From IMG/VR virus record IMGVR_UViG_3300017766_001736, positions 1 through 25,664 of that record: DNA of 25,664 nucleotides; one strand, written 5' to 3'. The DNA is from a virus (taxonomy: Duplodnaviria > Caudoviricetes). Shown here piece by piece: positions 1-7,700 of the stretch (position 1 is the stretch's first letter; each line of letters starts with the position of its first letter). The notes beneath the pieces were generated by a model that searched no databases, had not been told where the DNA came from, and saw only the letters and a program-made list of their open reading frames with translations. The position numbers were made by a program, and so were the translations under genes.

Positions 1-84
1 AAAGCTCCTATTTTATGGGTGCTGTCTGAACAATCATATATGAATACAGACCTACCAGGTAAGGTTATCAAGTTAGAATTATAA
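1..84 (+). CDS. 3' end of probable VWA-like (DUF2201-type) protein, partner of the MoxR-like ATPase (partial)
   Basis: Frame 1 open from the window edge: KAPILWVLSEQSYMNTDLPGKVIKLEL*, stop TAA 82-84. PxLWV...LPGKVIKL resembles C-termini of DUF2201/VWA-like proteins, which typically neighbour MoxR ATPases. Only 27 aa visible. Confidence 0.6.
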   Translation, partial: KAPILWVLSEQSYMNTDLPGKVIKLEL

Positions 85-103
85 ATTTAAAAAATTAAAA
101 AAG

Positions 104-526
104 ATGAGTCAAGTTCAATTAAATGTAGAAGAGTTAAAAGGGTTTTTAAAACACATTGTTAATAATAATCAATATATCCAAGCTGAAGGTAAAGTACCTG
201 TTGCAATTAACGTAGAAGGTGATGCAGGTCTTGGTAAGACTTCAGCTGTTAAGCAATTAGCAACTGAGATGGGTATGGATATTATTAAATTAAATCTTTC
301 ACAAATTGAGGAGTTAGGTGATTTGATTGGGTTTCCATTCAAAGAGTTTGAGATGGTAAGAGAAGATGGTGTTGTTAAGTGGGTTCAAGAGTCTTTAATG
401 GAGACTTATATCAAGAATAGGTATAGACCAACTAGCAATAGCAGAATGTCTCATGCTGCTCCTGAGTGGATTCAAGGTAAAGGTGAAGGTGGTTTCTTAA
501 TCTTAGATGATTATACACGTGCGGAT
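104..526 (+). CDS. MoxR-like AAA+ ATPase, exon 1
   Basis: Walker A GDAGLGKT, Walker B FLILDDY; frame ends ...TRAD at U526, followed by TAA as the first intron bases. Confidence 0.9.
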
Positions 527-582
527 TAACAAAATATGCAGTCTAGTTGTGTTAGTGTGAATAATTTGATTATCTTTATGAT

Positions 583-1332
583 ATGGAAAAATTAAACACA
601 GAAACACTTAAGACAGCATTAAAGTGTATAGGAATCTATAAAATTAAAATTAATGATAAAGAGTACATTGGTAGCTCTTGTAATATTGGTCATAGGTTAA
701 AACACCATTTGTGGTCTCTTAAAAATTTAAAACATCATAATAGAACAATGCAAAACTTATATAATAAATATGGTAAAGATGAAATTTACTTTAATATTGT
801 AGAGGAATGCACTGATGATATTTTAATTGAAAGAGAAGCTTATTATATTAACACAATTATTCCTTATATAAATCATATACTAGATCCACAAACTCTAGTT
901 AGAGATGATATTTATAAACAAAGAATAAGTGATGCTAAGAAAAAAGCTTATGCAAATGGTTTAAAACCTCATAATCTTAGAGCAGTACATAAGTATTCAC
1001 TAGAAAAAGGTGAATATTTAGAAAGTTTTGAATCTTTTACAGCTGCTGCTAAATCTATTAATGCTAAAAGTATTAACAGTATAAAAGCAGTGTGTAGTTT
1101 AAAACAAACCTCTGCTGGAGGATTTGTTTGGTCCTTTTATAAAGCCCCTTATGTGCTTTTAAAGACTAAACAATACAAGTTAGAACCAGTATTACAATAT
1201 ACTAATGATAATACTTTTATCAAAAAATGGGAGTCTATAAAACAAGCAAGTAAAGAACTTAGTATCTCTAATATTAATAGAGCAATATCTAAAGACTTAA
1301 CTGCTGGTGGTTATAGATGGAAAAAAGCATAA
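583..1332 (+). CDS. GIY-YIG homing endonuclease with C-terminal NUMOD1-like DNA-binding repeats
   Basis: GIYKIKINDKEYIGSS...RLKHH...EREAYYI...N catalytic domain; two repeats VHKYSLEKGEYLESFESFTAAAK...AGGFVW and VLQYTNDNTFIKKWESIKQASK...AGGYRW. Confidence 0.93.
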   Translation: MEKLNTETLKTALKCIGIYKIKINDKEYIGSSCNIGHRLKHHLWSLKNLKHHNRTMQNLYNKYGKDEIYFNIVEECTDDILIEREAYYINTIIPYINHILDPQTLVRDDIYKQRISDAKKKAYANGLKPHNLRAVHKYSLEKGEYLESFESFTAAAKSINAKSINSIKAVCSLKQTSAGGFVWSFYKAPYVLLKTKQYKLEPVLQYTNDNTFIKKWESIKQASKELSISNINRAISKDLTAGGYRWKKA

Positions 1333-1573
1333 AGTGGTTGGTCCGCAATAAATTCTGTGAATTCAGGGAAACTCCAGAGATGGACAATCCTGAGCCAAGC
1401 CTTACAGGGATGTAAGGAAGGTGCAACGACTAGTATATGGAGCCTAGAACAGGCAGTAAAATACCAAGAGCGCAGAACACATAGAAATATGTGATGATAT
1501 AGTCTGAACTGTAGATATAATCTAAAAGAAACTACAGAATCATAGGATAAAGAGCCTATGAGATAACATAATG
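1327..1573 (+). ncRNA. Group I ribozyme core (IGS, P3-P9)
   Basis: P3 UUCUGUG 1353-1359/CGCAGAA 1471-1477; P4 UUCAGG 1362-1367/CCUGAG 1389-1394; P5 UCCA-GAGA-UGGA; P6a CCUUACA-GGGA-UGUAAGG; P7 GACUA 1428-1432/UAGUC 1500-1504; P7 extension GCCU-AGAAC-AGGC; P8 CACAUA-GAAA-UAUGUG; P9 CUGUAG/CUACAG and UCAUAGG/CCUAUGA; recognisable P/Q/R/S elements. Confidence 0.92.
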
Positions 1574-2326
1574 CACCGCTTTATGCAAGCAACAATGGAA
1601 TTAATTGATCAGCAAGAATATATTTCATGGGCATTACCTAAGAACTGGCACATTGTATTGACTTCTAATCCAGATAATGGTGACTATAATGTAACTGCAT
1701 TAGATGTTGCTCAAAAGACTAGATTTATCTCAGTTGAGGTTAAGTTTGATATTAATGTATGGGCTAAGTGGGCAGAGCAAGTTGGTATTGATGGTAGATG
1801 TATTAACTTTATGTTGATGCACCCAGAAGTAGTAACTCAAAGAGTTAATCCAAGAGCTATTACTACTTTCTTCAATGCTATTAGTTCTATTGAGAAGTTT
1901 GAAGAGCAGTTACCATTAATCCAAATGATTGGTGAGGGTTCTGTTGGAGCTGAGTTCTCTAGTATGTTTACTATGTTCATTAATAATAAAATGGATAAAA
2001 TCATTTCTCCTCAAGATATTATGACTAATACTAATGAGGCATATGTAGTTGGAGCATTGAATGGTGCTGTAGGTAACGGAGATGATTTTAGAGCTGACAT
2101 CAGTAGTATTATTACTACAAGGATTATTAACTATTCATTGAAGTATGCATCTGAGCACAGCATCAGTGATACAATGATTAACCGTTTGGTTAAATTGACT
2201 ACAGACTGTGATGCATTCACTAATGATCTTAGATATTATATGGTTAAAGAGATTTTAGCTGGTAATAAACCTAAGTTTGCTAGATTAATGCAGAATCCAC
2301 TTGTAGTTAAAATGGCAGTTAAATAA
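1574..2326 (+). CDS. MoxR-like AAA+ ATPase, exon 2
   Basis: Continues after Walker B: HRFMQATMELID, sensor-1-like LTSNP, Arg-finger-like AQKTRF, lid NPRAITTF. The ORF-track ATG at 1571 is the end of the intron (omega G). Confidence 0.9.
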   Translation, partial: HRFMQATMELIDQQEYISWALPKNWHIVLTSNPDNGDYNVTALDVAQKTRFISVEVKFDINVWAKWAEQVGIDGRCINFMLMHPEVVTQRVNPRAITTFFNAISSIEKFEEQLPLIQMIGEGSVGAEFSSMFTMFINNKMDKIISPQDIMTNTNEAYVVGALNGAVGNGDDFRADISSIITTRIINYSLKYASEHSISDTMINRLVKLTTDCDAFTNDLRYYMVKEILAGNKPKFARLMQNPLVVKMAVK

Positions 2327-2341
2327 TAAATAATTAATAAT

Positions 2342-2367
2342 AAAGCGGTGTAAAAAGCCGCTTTTTT
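2342..2367 (+). terminator. Intrinsic terminator
   Basis: AAAGCGGT-gtaaaaa-GCCGCTTT running into a T tract, 15 nt after the ATPase stop. Confidence 0.7.
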
Positions 2368-2379
2368 AATAAAATTAAT

Positions 2380-3678
2380 ATGGAAAATACATTAATATTT
2401 CATGTATCATTAGGTGACACAGATTTTTATGATAATCATGATTTAAATTTATTAAGTTTTGATGTTGAAATTGATACAAAAATAGGTCAATTTAATGATT
2501 ATGGTAAATCTAGTATAACTTATCCTAATATACAACAAGGATATGAACCACAGTTAAATGATAAAGTATATCTAGCTAAATATACTAGTATACCAAGAGT
2601 TAAACTTAAAAATCTTACAAAAGAATATAAGATTAAGTCAACTATTGATATGAATTCAGCAACAGCAGTATTTGTATCTATAGAAAATATGCATAAGTTG
2701 ACTGAAAATCATTGGTATTATAAAGCAAATGCATCTGTAATAAGAGAATTTTTTACACAAGCACATGCATTAAAGCATATTGATGATTATTACTTTGATA
2801 AAGTTACTACAGCACTTGATTTTGTTACAAATGAATATGTTTGTCTTAGTTATCATAGTAAAAATGTATTAGAATATAAACATATACCATATGCAATTAC
2901 ATCTGGTATTGAAATGAATTCTAGTTCATTTGTTTATATTAAGGAAAAAGATACATATGATGCTGTAGTTAATTCTACTGTTCCTGTATATTCTGAATCT
3001 GACTTACTTAAATATATAAATGGTTCAGATGCATTACCTATTGAAGGAGAAATGTATGAGAGTTTATGTGAGATGTTTAATAGTTCTGACAATGATAACT
3101 GGACATTAGCTATGGAGATTATGGCTAATTCAAACTTTGAAGATAGTTTATTGTACTTAGGTTTGTTATTTTATAATTATGCTAATAAAATGCAGACTAA
3201 TAAAACTAGAAATCATGTTAACTTCAAGTCTTTATTGGCATTAATGGAAATAAAAGGTGGTTACTATCATTTAAATATTGATGAAATTACTATTAGACTT
3301 AAAAAGCATGGTAAGTTAACAAAAGATAACCTTGATATATTGCTAAAGCATCTAGGGGGAGACATAATAAGAAACGGTGATACTCAGATTTTTAAAGTAA
3401 AAACTGTTACTTTATCTGAAAATTTCTTACAAAGTTTAAATGAAAACTATACATTAACATTTGTTGATGATTATGTACCTTCCCCTGTTGAAGAAGAAGA
3501 AGTTAATGAAACAGTAGTTGACTTAGAAACAGAAGCAGTAGAATCAACTGTTGAAGAAACAGAAACTATTACTGAAGAAGTTGTAGAACCAGTTGAAGAG
3601 ATAATAACTAAAGTGGTTATTGATTTTGATAATGTTATTGTAGAACCTAAAACAAATAATGATGGCTATTTCTTATAG
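2380..3678 (+). CDS. Hypothetical phage protein with acidic low-complexity C-terminal tail
   Basis: 432-aa ORF with genome-typical codon usage; E/T/V-rich tail ending DGYFL; no catalytic motif recognised. Confidence 0.8.
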   Translation: MENTLIFHVSLGDTDFYDNHDLNLLSFDVEIDTKIGQFNDYGKSSITYPNIQQGYEPQLNDKVYLAKYTSIPRVKLKNLTKEYKIKSTIDMNSATAVFVSIENMHKLTENHWYYKANASVIREFFTQAHALKHIDDYYFDKVTTALDFVTNEYVCLSYHSKNVLEYKHIPYAITSGIEMNSSSFVYIKEKDTYDAVVNSTVPVYSESDLLKYINGSDALPIEGEMYESLCEMFNSSDNDNWTLAMEIMANSNFEDSLLYLGLLFYNYANKMQTNKTRNHVNFKSLLALMEIKGGYYHLNIDEITIRLKKHGKLTKDNLDILLKHLGGDIIRNGDTQIFKVKTVTLSENFLQSLNENYTLTFVDDYVPSPVEEEEVNETVVDLETEAVESTVEETETITEEVVEPVEEIITKVVIDFDNVIVEPKTNNDGYFL

Positions 3679-4669
3679 TGAAGAGTTAGAACAATTTTAT
3701 AAAAGTGACTTTTATTTTAGTTACTCAAGTATAAATAAATTATTATATTCACCATCTGCTTTTTATAAGCACTATATCTTAAATCAAAGAGAAGATATGG
3801 TGGATGCACATTTAGTAGCTGGTAAGGTACTACATTGTCTGATACTTGAACCAGAAAAATTTGATGAAGAATTTATTGTAATACCTAGTAATCTACCAAA
3901 AGACAACAATAAGTTGTTGGTAGATGAAGTATTTAAGGTTTATCAATCACAACCTGATACTGATTTAACATTGGCTGATTTCCCAGAAACAATTATTAGT
4001 GTATTAGCAGGTATCAATTTGCATCAATCACTTAAAACTGATGAAAGTAGAATTGCAAAAATGGTTACTGAACAGAATTCACAGTACTTTGAGTTTTTAA
4101 AAGTAAAACAAAACAAGACTATTGTTGATCAGGCAACACTTGATACAGCAAAAGAATCTGCTGAATTGTTGAAAAACCATGAAGTTGTAAGAGATTTAAT
4201 GCAACTGGACAAAGAAAAAGATGAAAAAATTAAAGTGTTTAATGAAGAAGGTGTACAATTAAGGTCAAGTAAGTATAAGTTTGGCTTTAAAGGTATATTA
4301 GATAATGTAGTCATGGACTATAATACTAAAACCTTATTTATTAATGACTTGAAAACTACTGGTAAAGCTATTCAAGATTTCCCAGACTCAGTACAATATT
4401 ACAAATATTGGATACAGGCCGTCATGTATAAACAATTGAGTTTAGGTAAATATCTTAAAGATTTACCAGACTGGGCTGAATGGAATATTGTTATTACTTT
4501 TATAGTGATTGATAGAAATAATTTAATATATCCATTTCAAGTATCTAGTGAAACATTAAAGGTATGGGAAGAAGACTTTAAAGAGATACTTAATGTGATT
4601 GAGTATCATTATAACAATAAAGATTTTACTTTGCCATATGATTTAGCAACAAAAAATGTAAAATTGTAA
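3659..4669 (+). CDS. PD-(D/E)XK exonuclease (RecE/ExoVIII, DUF3799-like)
   Basis: FSYSSINKLL, GKVLHCLILEPEKF, KGILD...INDLKTT, YWIQAVMY motifs. Start at 3659 or 3662. Confidence 0.85.
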   Translation: MMAISYSEELEQFYKSDFYFSYSSINKLLYSPSAFYKHYILNQREDMVDAHLVAGKVLHCLILEPEKFDEEFIVIPSNLPKDNNKLLVDEVFKVYQSQPDTDLTLADFPETIISVLAGINLHQSLKTDESRIAKMVTEQNSQYFEFLKVKQNKTIVDQATLDTAKESAELLKNHEVVRDLMQLDKEKDEKIKVFNEEGVQLRSSKYKFGFKGILDNVVMDYNTKTLFINDLKTTGKAIQDFPDSVQYYKYWIQAVMYKQLSLGKYLKDLPDWAEWNIVITFIVIDRNNLIYPFQVSSETLKVWEEDFKEILNVIEYHYNNKDFTLPYDLATKNVKL

Positions 4670-4675
4670 ACTGTT

Positions 4676-5233
4676 ATGAGTATTAATGCGCTTTATAGAA
4701 ATTATTTTCAAAAATCTAAGATATTTGTCTATCCGCTCTTAGGTATTAAAAAGGGTCAAAGTGTCACTCCAGTTCAAACTTATTTTGGCTGGAATGACTA
4801 TGTAATACCCGAGGATATGAAACTGGTTGCTGTGTATCATGAAAGAACAGATGCAGAGTATGTTAACTTTGAAAAGAATGTATTACTGAAACATAATAGA
4901 CTGAGTGATTTTGTTAAACTGAATGACAATGAAGTATTATATACATTTGATTTTTCTGATATAGCAGAAGATTGGATGCACTTAATTAACGGCAGGTATA
5001 GCAAAATGAATACAACCTTAAAGCGCAAAATAAGAGACCATTTTGATAAGAATGGTAGTAATTACATGTATATGGATAGTTTCTTGTTTCCTGAAAAGTA
5101 TTTTAATATTTACTCTGAGTTGCTAGGAGTAAATGAAGAAGTACTAAAAAGTGTAGGGGAATTATGTACTAAACCAGACATGGAAAAAGAAATATTAATG
5201 GTAACTATAAATGAGCTACAAAATAAAATATAA
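4676..5233 (+). CDS. Hypothetical phage protein
   Basis: 185-aa ORF tightly packed in the operon; no function recognised. Confidence 0.8.
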   Translation: MSINALYRNYFQKSKIFVYPLLGIKKGQSVTPVQTYFGWNDYVIPEDMKLVAVYHERTDAEYVNFEKNVLLKHNRLSDFVKLNDNEVLYTFDFSDIAEDWMHLINGRYSKMNTTLKRKIRDHFDKNGSNYMYMDSFLFPEKYFNIYSELLGVNEEVLKSVGELCTKPDMEKEILMVTINELQNKI

Positions 5234-5236
5234 ATT

Positions 5237-5623
5237 ATGACAGGACAACACACAATGACATTGATCAGTTCAGAATGGAATGGTCACAACACTTTTAGAT
5301 TAATTCCAGTATCTAATGATTCACCTTATGTAGAGTGTATTTATGATGTAACATCTGGGTTATTTGTTATTATTGGTAAAGTTACTAAGACTACTTTACA
5401 CATGTTACCTAAGTTAGATGATAATGGTGACCCAATGGGTACTGCAGCATTAAGACCTAATGGTAGAAATGTAAAAGAAGAAAGAGTATCAAGTGAAACA
5501 TTTCAAGAGTACTACTTAGATAATAAACTAGACATTAAAGATTTAGTAATCTATTTAGGTATCAATGCAGAAGAATTTGATTTTGAACCTATTTTAAATC
5601 AAGAAGTTAAACCTGCAAAGTAA
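5237..5623 (+). CDS. Hypothetical phage protein
   Basis: 128-aa ORF starting 3 nt after the upstream stop and followed by a terminator. Confidence 0.8.
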   Translation: MTGQHTMTLISSEWNGHNTFRLIPVSNDSPYVECIYDVTSGLFVIIGKVTKTTLHMLPKLDDNGDPMGTAALRPNGRNVKEERVSSETFQEYYLDNKLDIKDLVIYLGINAEEFDFEPILNQEVKPAK

Positions 5624-5634
5624 ACTATGATGGA

Positions 5635-5673
5635 AAGTCACAGAGTGTCACTAATGATGCTCTGTGCTTTTTT
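5635..5673 (+). terminator. Intrinsic terminator
   Basis: CACAGAGTGTCA-ctaa-TGATGCTCTGTG 12-bp stem (2 G.U) followed by CTTTTTT. Confidence 0.75.
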
Positions 5674-5704
5674 AACTAAAAAGGGGAAACAGCTTAACTG
5701 AATA

Positions 5705-7699
5705 ATGATTATGAAACAGAATTGGGTAATGGATTATGAAACATTGAGCAATTGCTTTATTGCTGTGTTTCAAGATGTTAAGTCAGATGATACAAAAGTA
5801 TTTGTAGTACATGACTTACAGAATGACTTTGATGACTATATTGAATTCTTGAAGAGAAATGTATTACATGGTGAATGGCATGTATCTTTTAATGGTTTAG
5901 GCTTTGATGGTCAGATAAGTGAGTATATCATTCAGAATGCTGAAAGTCTTTCTTATATGAGTGGATGTGAGATTGCTGAATGGATATATGGTAAAGCTCA
6001 ATATGTTATCAATAAACAAGGATCCGGTGAGTTTCTTGACTTTTATGAGAAAACCATGAGTATTAAACAAATTGATGTGTTTAAATTAAATCATTGGGAT
6101 AATCCTGCTAAAAGATCAAGTTTAAAATGGATTCAGTATAGTATGGATTGGGATAGTATCCAGGACATGCCTCTACATCACACTACTGAAATCACAACAT
6201 ATGATCAGATAGATATGATAATTGGTTATTGTATTAATGATGTTGTGTCTACTAAGAAGATAATGCAGCTTAGTAAGAATCAAATTGCATTGAGAAAAAC
6301 ATTAACTGAAGAGTATAATATTCCTTTATTCAGTGCATCTGAGCCAAGAATTAGTAAAGAGTTATTCTTACATTTCTTGAGTGAAAGTACCGGTATAAAG
6401 AAATATGAACTGAGACAGTTAAGAACTAAAAGAAATAGTATTCAAGTTAAAGATATTATACTTGAGTATGTGAATTTTAAATCTGCTACATTTCAGAAAT
6501 TGTTAGCAAAATTTAATGAGATTGTTGTATATCCAGAACACACAAAAGGTGGTTTCAAATATTCTATAAACTATAAAGGTGTAAAGACTGATTTTGGTTT
6601 AGGTGGTATTCATGGTGCTAGAACAGGTGGTATTTATAAATCTAATGAAGATATGATAATTATGACATCAGATGTTGTAAGTTATTATCCTAATCTTGCT
6701 ATTAGAAATAAATGGGCCCCAGCACATTTACCTAAAGTAGAATTTTGTGAGCTATATGAATGGTTCTTTGATGAAAGAAAAAAGATAAGCAAGAAAGATG
6801 TAAGAAATTATGTGTATAAGATTATTCTTAATTCAACTTATGGATTAAGTAATGATGCTAATAGTTTTCTATATGATCCTGAGTTTACTATGAGGATTAC
6901 TATTAATGGTCAGTTGAGCTTATGCATGTTGTATGAGATGATCATTGAAGAGATTCCTAATGCTGTGCCCTTGATGCAGAATACAGATGGTCTAGAAACT
7001 ATTATACCAAGAGAGTATCAAGATAGATATATGGATATCTGTGAAAGATGGGAGAAGATAACTAATCTTCAACTAGAGCATGATACATATAGTAAAATGA
7101 TTATAGGTGATGTAAATAACTACATAGCCATACATGATTACAAACTTGTTGATGAAGATAAATATAATGAAGTGAAGCAAGAAAACCCACATTATCTATT
7201 TAAAGAAGAAGATGGTAAGTTTTATTTTGCTGCAACTAAATGCAAAGGTAGATTTGAGTTTAATAATCTGGCCTTACACAAAAACAAAAGCTTTTTAATT
7301 ATCCCAAAAGCTATCTATTATTATTTTGTACATGGTATAGCACCAGAAGAATATCTATTAACTCAGACAAATATCTTTGATTATTGTGGTGGAGTTAAGA
7401 TAAAAGGTGACTGGGAATTTGTAGAAGAAAAGGTAGTCAATGGTGATTATAGTTCAACACAATTACAACATACTATAAGATATTATATATCAGAAAGTGG
7501 CAGTAAGATAGTTAAAAAGAATAACTCAGATGGTAGACAAATACAAATTGAAAGCGGTAAGTGGATGCAGACTCCATTTATCAATTATGTAGAGAAGCCT
7601 TTTGCTGAGTATAAAATTAACCCTAAGTATTATCTGGAGAAGATATACAAAGAGGTGAGACAGTTAGAACCGGTTATTAATCAATTAAGTTTATTTTAA
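5705..7699 (+). CDS. polB: Family B DNA polymerase with 3'-5' exonuclease
   Basis: ExoI DYETL, ExoII FNGLGFD, ExoIII YCINDV; motif A SDVVSYYPN, motif B KIILNSTYG, motif C NTDG; C-terminal QLSLF. Start at 5705 or 5711. Confidence 0.95.
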   Translation: MIMKQNWVMDYETLSNCFIAVFQDVKSDDTKVFVVHDLQNDFDDYIEFLKRNVLHGEWHVSFNGLGFDGQISEYIIQNAESLSYMSGCEIAEWIYGKAQYVINKQGSGEFLDFYEKTMSIKQIDVFKLNHWDNPAKRSSLKWIQYSMDWDSIQDMPLHHTTEITTYDQIDMIIGYCINDVVSTKKIMQLSKNQIALRKTLTEEYNIPLFSASEPRISKELFLHFLSESTGIKKYELRQLRTKRNSIQVKDIILEYVNFKSATFQKLLAKFNEIVVYPEHTKGGFKYSINYKGVKTDFGLGGIHGARTGGIYKSNEDMIIMTSDVVSYYPNLAIRNKWAPAHLPKVEFCELYEWFFDERKKISKKDVRNYVYKIILNSTYGLSNDANSFLYDPEFTMRITINGQLSLCMLYEMIIEEIPNAVPLMQNTDGLETIIPREYQDRYMDICERWEKITNLQLEHDTYSKMIIGDVNNYIAIHDYKLVDEDKYNEVKQENPHYLFKEEDGKFYFAATKCKGRFEFNNLALHKNKSFLIIPKAIYYYFVHGIAPEEYLLTQTNIFDYCGGVKIKGDWEFVEEKVVNGDYSSTQLQHTIRYYISESGSKIVKKNNSDGRQIQIESGKWMQTPFINYVEKPFAEYKINPKYYLEKIYKEVRQLEPVINQLSLF

Positions 7700-7700
7700 A

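Larger units (their letters stand above)
527..1573 (+). mobile_element. Group I self-splicing intron (1047 nt) with homing endonuclease in L1
   Basis: 5' exon ends in U (GCGGAU) and intron ends in G1573; removal gives in-frame DDYTRAD|HRFMQATMEL (391-aa ATPase). P1: 520-526 UGCGGAU pairs with 1341-1347 GUCCGCA with the U.G wobble at the splice site. Confidence 0.93.

Noticed and set aside
1571-1573. ATG start for a separate 251-aa protein
   Set aside because: G1573 is the intron's terminal G; the ORF is exon 2 of the ATPase.
2340-2350. ATAAAGCGGTG is the exact reverse complement of the exon 2 start (1574-1584)
   Set aside because: It is the 5' arm of the terminator and would be locally sequestered; treated as coincidence without covariation data.
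3480-3606. GAAGAA/GTTGAA-rich quasi-repeats as a DNA repeat array or CRISPR
   Set aside because: Low-complexity Glu/Val/Thr coding; no regular repeat-spacer structure. No CRISPR array or tRNA seen in the window.
4129-5028. Minus-strand ORFs 4129-4314 and 4837-5028
   Set aside because: Antisense shadows of real genes with S/L/F-rich composition.
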